36,412 nucleotides of DNA from Candidatus Gastranaerophilales bacterium (GTDB lineage: Bacteria; Cyanobacteriota; Vampirovibrionia; Gastranaerophilales; Gastranaerophilaceae). The stretch covers positions 1 through 36,412 of the forward strand of contig CALUYC010000066.1 of NCBI GenBank assembly GCA_944324895.1, in the 5' to 3' direction. The position numbers and the translations under genes were made by a program. Every line of letters starts with the position of its first letter. The first letter of the stretch is position 1. Positions 1 through 6,621 of this stretch are shown here, piece after piece. The notes beneath the pieces are model-generated. The model had not been told where the DNA came from, did not search any database, and worked only from the letters and a program-made list of their open reading frames with translations.

Positions 1-50
1 ATAAGAGTTAATTTTTCAATTGATTCTAAAATTGTTTCTACATTGCTCAT
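1..50 (-). CDS. rplL: 50S ribosomal protein L7/L12, 5' end only (gene runs off the window)
   Basis: Reverse complement reads ATG AGC AAT GTA GAA ACA ATT TTA GAA TCA ATT GAA AAA TTA ACT CTT = MSNVETILESIEKLTL, typical of an L7/L12 N-terminus. It lies immediately downstream of rplJ on the same strand, with AAGGAT upstream of the ATG. Confidence 0.7.
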   Translation of the reverse strand, partial: MSNVETILESIEKLTL

Positions 51-89
51 TTTTTTATCCTTTCAATATTTATTTTCTAACTTATAAAA

Positions 90-608
90 CTACGCTTTTT
101 GTTTTGCAACAGCGTCGATTGCTCTAACTAACGCGCTCATAACACCGTTTACACTGTAAACAATGCCTGAAGCAGGTGAGTTGATAGAGCCAAGAATTTT
201 TGCGTAAAGTTCTTCTTTTGAAGGCATTTTTGCAAGTTGTTCAGCCTCTTTTGCGCTTAATAATTTACCGTCAAGGACAGCACCCATAATTTCGCCTTTT
301 TTGTTTTCTTTGATGAATTTTGCAACAACTTTAGCCGCACTAACTTCATCACCAAAACCAAAGGCAATAGCTTTAGGGCCTTCAAGCAAGCTTTCTACAA
401 CTTCAAAATCTGTGCCTTTAGAAGCAATTTTACACAAAGTGTTTTTAGTAACGGTATAATCAGAATTTTCTTTTTGCAATTCGCGACGAAGTTCAGTAAT
501 TTCTTCGACACTTAGACCGCGGTAATCTGTAACGATTGCAACTTTAGCCTGTTCAAATTGCTTTTTGAAATATTCGATTTTTTCGTTTTTAAAAGCCTTT
601 GTTGACAT
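90..608 (-). CDS. rplJ: 50S ribosomal protein L10
   Basis: 172-aa ORF, MSTKAFKNEKIEYFKKQFEQAKVAIVTDYRGLSVEEITELRREL..., matching the L10 family pattern. AGGAG sits upstream and rplL follows. Confidence 0.95.
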   Translation of the reverse strand: MSTKAFKNEKIEYFKKQFEQAKVAIVTDYRGLSVEEITELRRELQKENSDYTVTKNTLCKIASKGTDFEVVESLLEGPKAIAFGFGDEVSAAKVVAKFIKENKKGEIMGAVLDGKLLSAKEAEQLAKMPSKEELYAKILGSINSPASGIVYSVNGVMSALVRAIDAVAKQKA

Positions 609-770
609 TAATTGCGCTCCTTTCTAAAGGGTAATTCGCATATAAACTAAAAAGTTTTGCGAACATATTTGTACACGCAAAACAATAACAAAAACAGTAT
701 ATTCAACTTTTTGTTACCTAGGTCGGATATTAAGCAAACGCACCGACTGTCTTGGGTACATTATTAATTT
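609..770 (-). promoter_or_regulatory. Putative rplJ 5' leader (possible L10-leader autoregulatory element)
   Basis: Long untranslated region upstream of rplJ with a GTCGG/CCGAC hairpin (722..747). Assignment is by position only; no covariance model was run. Confidence 0.3.
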
Positions 771-888
771 ATATAAAACAAATCTTAATGTCAATAAAAA
801 TTGTAACAAATGTTAAACATTGATATTCGTGTATATACAAGTATATACACCGCTTTTATAAAATTAATCAAAAAAATTACAAAAAAAT

Positions 889-920
889 GATGACAAAATG
901 TGTTTTTTTGGTATTATAAT
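889..920 (+). promoter_or_regulatory. Sigma-70-type promoter candidate for the sigma-factor gene
   Basis: TGACAA (891..896), 18 nt spacer, TATAAT (915..920), 17 nt upstream of the ATG at 937. This argues against the ORF-track start at 898. Confidence 0.4.
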
Positions 921-936
921 TACTCTGGTAAGCAAG

Positions 937-1557
937 ATGGAAAACATAAAAAACAAAATTGAAAAGAACGTTAAACTAAGAAACTATCTTGACCTTATAA
1001 ACAAAATCGCCAAGGTAGAGTACAAGAGTGTATCTTCTCAACATTTAATTGAGTTTGACGAACTTGTAAACATCGGAATACAAACTGTTGATGTTCTTTG
1101 TTCCGATGAAAAAAAAGATTTATATAACGAGTCTTACCTCTCAACTGCAATAAAATGGGCGATAAGAAACGAATTAAGGCGACGATATCGCTGGCATGGT
1201 GTCAAACACAACCAAAAAGATATTGAAAATCAAACAAACGAAATAAGAGAGGCTATTTATAAAACAATTTTATCGACAGATGAAATGTTAGATAACGAAA
1301 AGCCCTTTGAAATAAAAGACATTAGGAAAAATCCCGAAGAATCTTGCGAATTTGAACAAATATCCGAAGCTATAAAAAAAGCAATATCAACCCTTCCGCA
1401 GAGAGAAAGAGAGCTTATAGAATCCAAATTCTTTCAAGAAAAGAAGCTTCATGAATTGTCAAACGAGTTTTCTATTTCTCCTTCAAGAATTTCAAGAATT
1501 ATTAAGTCAGGGTTGGATAAAATTAAAGACGAACTCATAAAAAACGAGGTTGTATAA
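937..1557 (+). CDS. Sigma-70 family RNA polymerase sigma factor (small, group 3/FliA-like)
   Basis: Region-2-like ESYLSTAIKWAIRNELRRRYRW and region-4 HTH LPQRERELIESKFFQEKKLHELSNEFSISPSRISRIIKSGLDKIK. Start moved to ATG 937 (MENIKNK) because the promoter candidate overlaps 898. Confidence 0.8.
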   Translation: MENIKNKIEKNVKLRNYLDLINKIAKVEYKSVSSQHLIEFDELVNIGIQTVDVLCSDEKKDLYNESYLSTAIKWAIRNELRRRYRWHGVKHNQKDIENQTNEIREAIYKTILSTDEMLDNEKPFEIKDIRKNPEESCEFEQISEAIKKAISTLPQRERELIESKFFQEKKLHELSNEFSISPSRISRIIKSGLDKIKDELIKNEVV

Positions 1558-1567
1558 ATTTAAATTT

Positions 1568-1605
1568 AAAAAAAAGGTGCACGACTAAAATTTGAAGCGC
1601 GCACC
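1568..1605 (-). terminator. Rho-independent terminator of the Gly-rich gene (may also stop the convergent sigma gene)
   Basis: On the minus strand, GGTGCGCG ... CGTGCACC stem (one mismatch) followed by a T9 run. Confidence 0.55.
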
Positions 1606-1622
1606 AAATAAGATACGAAATT

Positions 1623-4025
1623 TTACCACTCAACAATTATTTTTCCGGGCCCTCCTGAGCCGCCTCTAGAAGGTGCGGTTGTAGTTGTTGCGTTTATTAC
1701 GACTCCGCCACCTGAACCACCTGCACTGTTTGATAATGCACTGTTTCCGTCACCAAACTCAACGGAAAAACCGCCTGAACCATAGGTACTTGCAGCACCT
1801 GCGCCGCTAAGTGTACTTGTAGCATCATACCCGACATTTCCGTCGATACAGTCTAAATTGGTTAAATTACCAAATGCACATAGTGTCGGAGAAATTCCAC
1901 CAATACCATTAAGCACACTCCCATTTGAATACGAAGCATTCTTTCCGCCTAAACCGCCGCCGACTCTTAAATTAGCCTGACCGGAATAAGTTCCAAAAAT
2001 AGTATCCCCACCGCTTTGAGCAGCAACTTCAGGGCTTGAGCCCCAAGTAATATAACCGCCTGAGCCGCCTTTCCCTATTTGTACTCCTATTTTTGTATTG
2101 CCACCCGGAATGTTAACAAGTTTTTTTAAAGCCAAACCCGCAGAGCCGCCTCCACCGCGACCTATTTTGTCGGGGTTCCATGTTATTTTTACATAACCGC
2201 CTGCACCATTACCGCCTGCAACAGTTCCATATCCTCCTCCGCCACCACAGCCGCCATAACCTTGTGCATTGATATTTGCAGAACTTGTTAAGCTTGCACC
2301 TGTACCACCGCTGCAATAAGACTCGCCTTCAATTATAGTCTTTGCACCATTGCCGCCTCGCATGGTTTTCTGATAAGAGCTTGGTTTGTCTGTTGTTCCG
2401 CCAGCGTATTGTGCACCACCTGTATAAAAAACAGATTGCGAATATCCTAAAGATGATATATTAAAATTACCTTCAGAACTGCCGCCTTTAAAAATATAAC
2501 CGCTGTTTCCTGCATCACCCGAATATTTACCCCCGCATGCGCCATAACTGCAGTCATTTTGGTTATTAGTCATAACAATAATACTGGAACCGCGTTTTAA
2601 CATGGAAGGCTTGCCAAATTCGGCACTTTTGGGTTCGCTAAAGGCAAAAGCGGAAGATAGACTTGCAGAAGTTCCGCCCTTGCCGCCTTCGCCAACAATA
2701 ACGGTAATTTTTTCACCTGGCGTAACTTTATATCTTTGGCGCGGAACTATTGAACCGCTACCACCGCCACCGCCACCGTTTTGCGTTTCGTAATAAGTAA
2801 TTGCAACAAACCCCGGCGCACCATGGCCAACACAATTTGGACAATTACCGCCGCCACAACCTCCTGCACCGTAACCCTGACCATTTCTGACAGCACTTGA
2901 AGTTTTACTGTATTTACCAGCTTTGCCAAAAGTACTCGAGCCGCCACTACTACCTTCAACGGCGGGCGTATCAACACCACTTCTGCGAATACCATCTTGA
3001 CCGTTGCCACCACCAGGTTGTGCGCCCCTACCGCCGTTACAAATACTTTTCCACCCGCTTGTAAAATAAAAACTACCGGCACCTCCTAAACTGCAATGTG
3101 CGCCACCAGGATTAGCAGCGCCGGCTGATTCTCCATTTGTACCAACATCAGAACTGGTGCCCCAACATCCACCGCCGCCACCACCTGCACCGATTATTAT
3201 GTTATTGGATGAGTCTGCAATATAACTTGCTCCTCCGCCACACCCTGCAGCGCCATTACAAGAATGACCTTTTCCGCCCCTAGCCACTCTGATATTATAA
3301 TTACCTGTTTTATCAAACAAAACAGTTTGATGCCTTGCAGCACCACCACCACCTCCGGTACCAACCCAACCGCGACCGCCACCAGCGCCGCCGCCTGAGA
3401 TAGTTACCATTGCAGTTTTAGCAAATAAGTACTTAATATCATCAGCAGATAAAACAGCATCTGCGTTAGTGTACACAGAAGTTGTGGACACTCCTCTTTG
3501 CTCAAGGGTGGATGGCACATATGCCGTTGTGACATAAGTACGATTTAGTGTAGCTGAATGCGTCCAAGAAATAGCTTTTGGACTGGTACTGACATTTCCT
3601 GCACCACCGCCTGCACCGCCACCAACCAAAGTTGCCTCAATTTCATTAACACCATAAGGTACAATAAACTCGTAAGTGCCCGGAGTTTTATATTCGATAC
3701 TACCTGAAGTAGTGCCGCCACCACCTCCGCCGCCAGCTCCAACAACAGTAACATAAAGACTGTTTGTGCCGCTAGGAACCTGAAATTCTCCCTTACAACT
3801 GTTTGTAGTCTCATCAATGGTATTGCAGTTTGTACTACCATAGATTATTTCAGTAAAATGCTTGGGTGTATTGGCAACCTGAAACTGTTCAATTTTTCTT
3901 TGCGTAATAACAGGCGCTAAGACAACCAAAATTATAGAGCAAATCAAAATTGCAATAAGTAATTCTGCAAGCGTAAAAGCGCTCTTGGCCAGCTGCCAAG
4001 AAGATTTTTTCGTAATCTTAATCAT
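1623..4025 (-). CDS. Large glycine-run/Cys-rich repeat protein with an N-terminal prepilin-type (class III) signal peptide
   Basis: GGAG lies 6 nt before ATG 4025. N-terminus is MIKITKKSSWQLAKSA/FTLAELLIAILICSIILVVLAPV (F+1, E+5, hydrophobic helix). Repeated modules follow, such as VTVVGAGGGGGGG, LVGGGAGGGAG, IIIGAGGGGGGC and GGYVKITW. Confidence 0.85.
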   Translation of the reverse strand: MIKITKKSSWQLAKSAFTLAELLIAILICSIILVVLAPVITQRKIEQFQVANTPKHFTEIIYGSTNCNTIDETTNSCKGEFQVPSGTNSLYVTVVGAGGGGGGGTTSGSIEYKTPGTYEFIVPYGVNEIEATLVGGGAGGGAGNVSTSPKAISWTHSATLNRTYVTTAYVPSTLEQRGVSTTSVYTNADAVLSADDIKYLFAKTAMVTISGGGAGGGRGWVGTGGGGGAARHQTVLFDKTGNYNIRVARGGKGHSCNGAAGCGGGASYIADSSNNIIIGAGGGGGGCWGTSSDVGTNGESAGAANPGGAHCSLGGAGSFYFTSGWKSICNGGRGAQPGGGNGQDGIRRSGVDTPAVEGSSGGSSTFGKAGKYSKTSSAVRNGQGYGAGGCGGGNCPNCVGHGAPGFVAITYYETQNGGGGGGSGSIVPRQRYKVTPGEKITVIVGEGGKGGTSASLSSAFAFSEPKSAEFGKPSMLKRGSSIIVMTNNQNDCSYGACGGKYSGDAGNSGYIFKGGSSEGNFNISSLGYSQSVFYTGGAQYAGGTTDKPSSYQKTMRGGNGAKTIIEGESYCSGGTGASLTSSANINAQGYGGCGGGGGYGTVAGGNGAGGYVKITWNPDKIGRGGGGSAGLALKKLVNIPGGNTKIGVQIGKGGSGGYITWGSSPEVAAQSGGDTIFGTYSGQANLRVGGGLGGKNASYSNGSVLNGIGGISPTLCAFGNLTNLDCIDGNVGYDATSTLSGAGAASTYGSGGFSVEFGDGNSALSNSAGGSGGGVVINATTTTAPSRGGSGGPGKIIVEW

Positions 4026-4065
4026 ATATAACTCCAAATATTATTTAAAAAAATAATAAACTATT

Positions 4066-4107
4066 TACTGGATATTGTCCAGTACATTTATGTTGAAATT
4101 TCCAGTA
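4066..4107. promoter_or_regulatory. Operator candidate: perfect inverted repeat TACTGGA-N5-TCCAGTA plus a third TCCAGTA half-site
   Basis: Palindrome at 4066..4084 and extra half-site at 4101..4107, all within the 92-nt divergent intergenic region between the Gly-rich gene and the XRE gene. Confidence 0.5.
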
Positions 4108-4117
4108 GTCTTTTGTC

Positions 4118-4333
4118 ATGGACGAAGACATATTTTATCAAAAGTTAGGTACAAGAATAAAGCATTTAAGAGAAAAAGCAGGATTAACACAAGAAAAACT
4201 TGCCGAAAGGTCAGGAATCAGTCTTGATTATATGGGAAAAATTGAAGTAAACATAAATAAACCGGGCTTAAAAACAATTTTAAAACTGGCAAATGCGCTA
4301 AAAATAGAGCCCTACAAAATTTTTAAATTCTAA
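4118..4333 (+). CDS. XRE-family helix-turn-helix transcriptional regulator
   Basis: 71 aa; LGTRIKHLREKAGLTQEKLAERSGISLDYMGKIE is a canonical HTH_3 signature. Confidence 0.9.
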   Translation: MDEDIFYQKLGTRIKHLREKAGLTQEKLAERSGISLDYMGKIEVNINKPGLKTILKLANALKIEPYKIFKF

Positions 4334-4340
4334 ATAAAAA

Positions 4341-4363
4341 ACCCGCATAACGCGGGTTATTTT
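4341..4363 (+). terminator. Rho-independent terminator after the XRE gene
   Basis: ACCCGC ATAAC GCGGGT hairpin followed by TATTTT. Confidence 0.7.
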
Positions 4364-4452
4364 GGTGCCCTGGGCCAGACTTGAACTGGCACGAGGTTAT
4401 TAGCCCCATTGGATTTTAAGTCCAACGTGTCTACCGATTCCACCACCAGGGC
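4363..4452 (-). tRNA. tRNA-Leu (anticodon UAA), CCA encoded, long variable arm, no intron
   Basis: Reverse complement is GCCCTGGTGGTGGAATCGGTAGACACGTTGGACTTAAAATCCAATGGGGCTAATAACCTCGTGCCAGTTCAAGTCTGGCCCAGGGCACCA. Acceptor stem GCCCTGG/CCAGGGC; anticodon loop CTTAAAA. Confidence 0.9.
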
Positions 4453-4503
4453 TTAAATTGCTCCTTTGAGCGATTTTATTCTAATATAAAAAAATTTTAT
4501 TGT

Positions 4504-4710
4504 CTAGCTGTTTTTTTCAATTAGTTCATTAATTTCTGCAACCATTTGTTCAGGGTCAACTCCATGAACTTTTGCGCCTGCTTCTAAATTTTCAAATCTT
4601 GCTGCAGCGCAGCCAATACAACCTAGGCCATATTTTGCAAATACTTCAAGGCTTTCGGGATGATTTTGTACAATTTCTATTATACCCATTTCTTTTGTAA
4701 CTTTGCTCAT
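4504..4710 (-). CDS. DUF1858-type small redox-disulfide protein (hybrid-cluster-protein-associated family)
   Basis: 68 aa with IVQNHPESLEVFAKYGLGCIGCAAARFENLEAGAKVHGVD, the GCxGC signature of this family. Confidence 0.8.
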   Translation of the reverse strand: MSKVTKEMGIIEIVQNHPESLEVFAKYGLGCIGCAAARFENLEAGAKVHGVDPEQMVAEINELIEKNS

Positions 4711-4740
4711 TTTTTTGCCTTCTTTTAACTGATTATTAAT

Positions 4741-4770
4741 ATAATACTATGAAATATCGCGAATATGCAA
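4741..4770 (-). promoter_or_regulatory. Promoter candidate for the DUF1858 gene
   Basis: On the minus strand, TTGCAT (4770..4765), 18 nt spacer, TATTAT (4746..4741). Confidence 0.35.
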
Positions 4771-4915
4771 CTCAAAATTTTATTGGTTTAAAATCTTTGC
4801 AAAAAAGTTTTATCAGAACACAATTCACCTTTAGAGAGCATAAAAAGTGCCTTAGTGAAATTCTTGTAAGGATTTTATCAGACTTTAGCGAACTAAAAAA
4901 TTATATTCAAAATGA

Positions 4916-5428
4916 TTACTGATCAGACTCAAAATTTTTCTTCATCATTTTTTCAAAGTCTGAAGGTTTTATGTCTTTTATAAAGTCCTTGAACTCAGCT
5001 GCTTCTTCTTCATCTTTTTGGGTATCTGTCGATACAACACCTGTGGCAAGAACATTTTCAGTAACATATATAGGAACATCGGCTCTGATGGCTATTGCAA
5101 TAGCATCTGAAGGGCGAGCGTCTATTTCTATGTCTTTTTGTAGTTCATCATTATACAAAAATATTGTAGAGAAGTATGTCTGTTCGTCAACATTATTAAT
5201 TTCTATTTTTGTAATCTCATAACCGGATTCAGAGCAAAAATTTAAAAATAAATCGTGCGTCATTGGTCTGCTCGAAGGTATATTTTCTATTTTTCTAATT
5301 ATAGAGCTTGCTTCTGCCGAACCAATCCAAATAGGAAGAGCTTTTCTGTTATCTATATCATTTAGTACCACAATGGGTGAACCGCTTCTTGTATCAAGGG
5401 CAATGCCCATAACTCTCATTTCTATCAT
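4916..5428 (-). CDS. Bifunctional nuclease (BFN/DUF151) family protein
   Basis: MIEMRVMGIALDTRSGSPIVVLND...LPIWIGSAEASSI...RPMTHDL...IDARPSDAIAIAIR is the DUF151 pattern. Start set to ATG 5428, which has AAGGAG 9 nt upstream; the track start at 5449 is a TTG inside the hairpin. Confidence 0.85.
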   Translation of the reverse strand: MIEMRVMGIALDTRSGSPIVVLNDIDNRKALPIWIGSAEASSIIRKIENIPSSRPMTHDLFLNFCSESGYEITKIEINNVDEQTYFSTIFLYNDELQKDIEIDARPSDAIAIAIRADVPIYVTENVLATGVVSTDTQKDEEEAAEFKDFIKDIKPSDFEKMMKKNFESDQ

Positions 5429-5433
5429 GTAAA

Positions 5434-5457
5434 AATACTCCTTATACAAGGAGTATT
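5434..5457 (-). terminator. Perfect 10-bp hairpin that terminates the annexin-like gene and contains the SD of the BFN gene
   Basis: Minus strand reads AATACTCCTT GTAT AAGGAGTATT followed by TTTAC ATG. The 3' arm carries AAGGAG. Confidence 0.6.
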
Positions 5458-5486
5458 ATACAATTAAAATAATTATTTATCACTAA

Positions 5487-6446
5487 TTAATTCCAATAAT
5501 GGTCATAAAGAATACCGCTTACTTCATCCTTGCCTCTGTCCATAAAGGATTTAGTGCTGCCGTATTTTTCATTATATAAAGCCTCTACGTCTGCTCTAAT
5601 GTCATCAGGCAAGCTCATAACATAAGCCAATACTTTTTCATCAGTTCCCCAGCCATCAACTGATTGTTTAAACAAGCTTACGCAGTTTCTTATATAAATT
5701 TGATAATCTGCGTTTGTTTTATCCATGTTTTGGTACCTTTCATATGATTCCAGTTGAGTACCTGATTCTTTAGATGTACCGCCAAGTTTTGCTAAAGCAT
5801 AGCCCTCAAGTATATCTTCAGTACCCCAAGAGGTTTCGCTTCTAATTAATTCAAATAAATCATATCCTTGTTCTTGAAGTTCAGCCTGAACTCCGCGCAT
5901 AACTTTTGGTGAAATACTATCGTTGCTTAAGATATTAATAAGAGCCTCTTCATCTGTGCCAAGTGAAAATGGACCAGTCTTGACTCTGACAGTTGCATCC
6001 AAAATATCTTGAACGGTTTCGTTAACAAGTACACGTTCTTCGTCAGTATATACAGCATCATCAGCATCGCCTGTCGGCTCTGCGCCTTCTGTACCTTCTG
6101 CGGCTTCTGTGCCTTCTGTACCTGTCAGATTAGTACCTTCTGTGCCTGCAAGGACAGAGTCGCCATTACCAGAAAGATATTCATTATTTTGACCAACGTT
6201 TTGACCATTTTGCAATTCTGCGTTTTCTTCTGCTGCTTGAGCAGCTCTTATCGCTTCAATATTTGCATTAAAATCATTAATTATAGAATCGTAAGCAGAA
6301 GAATAATTAACGGCAAATCCGCCAACGTTATTTTCGTATGCACCAAAAATACTTGAATCATCTTGAGTACTACTACTTGTCGGTGCAGAATACAAAGCTT
6401 CGTTCAAATAAGGGGTGAATGATGTAATGCCGTAATCGTAAGACAT
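5487..6446 (-). CDS. Annexin-repeat protein (two annexin/endonexin repeats) with an acidic low-complexity N-terminal half
   Basis: The two repeats are SLGTDEEALINILSNDSISPKVMRGVQAELQEQGYDLFELIRSETSWG and DGWGTDEKVLAYVMSLPDDIRADVEALYNEKYGSTKSFMDRGKDEVSG. Both fit the G-x-G-T-D-E ... Y..YG ... E.SG annexin pattern. Start at ATG 6446 with AGGAGA upstream. Confidence 0.75.
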   Translation of the reverse strand: MSYDYGITSFTPYLNEALYSAPTSSSTQDDSSIFGAYENNVGGFAVNYSSAYDSIINDFNANIEAIRAAQAAEENAELQNGQNVGQNNEYLSGNGDSVLAGTEGTNLTGTEGTEAAEGTEGAEPTGDADDAVYTDEERVLVNETVQDILDATVRVKTGPFSLGTDEEALINILSNDSISPKVMRGVQAELQEQGYDLFELIRSETSWGTEDILEGYALAKLGGTSKESGTQLESYERYQNMDKTNADYQIYIRNCVSLFKQSVDGWGTDEKVLAYVMSLPDDIRADVEALYNEKYGSTKSFMDRGKDEVSGILYDHYWN

Positions 6447-6576
6447 ATGCTCTCCTAATTTTTTCTCGTATATATAAATAAAAAAAATTCGATATAAAAA
6501 ATTGCCATAAAATATATACAATTTAGTGGAAATGGCTCAGGACAAGGTGTTTCAGTGTTAAGATTTGTAACAAAAA

Positions 6577-6599
6577 AGCACCTCTTTAACCGAGGTGCT
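6577..6599 (-). terminator. Rho-independent terminator after the 501-aa gene
   Basis: AGCACCTC / GAGGTGCT 8-bp stem, with a T-run on the minus strand. Confidence 0.7.
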
Positions 6600-6621
6600 T
6601 GATTTTTATATTAGCTATTAA

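Noticed and set aside
898-936. ORF-track start of the sigma gene at 898 (MCFFGIIITLVSK...)
   Set aside because: The extension overlaps the -10 TATAAT (915..920) of the best promoter candidate and encodes a hydrophobic stretch foreign to sigma factors. ATG 937 is preferred.
2602-3841. Four long ORFs (2602..2793 +, 2747..3082 -, 3197..3382 -, 3545..3841 -) inside the Gly-rich gene
   Set aside because: They are alternative-frame or antisense readings of GGN/GCN-rich repeat DNA, giving Val/Ala/Pro-rich nonsense. They have no RBS and lie entirely within a far longer coherent ORF.
4363-4452. Group I intron in tRNA-Leu(UAA), as in cyanobacterial lineages
   Set aside because: The gene is continuous at about 87 nt plus CCA, and the anticodon loop CTTAAAA is intact. 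There is no insertion.
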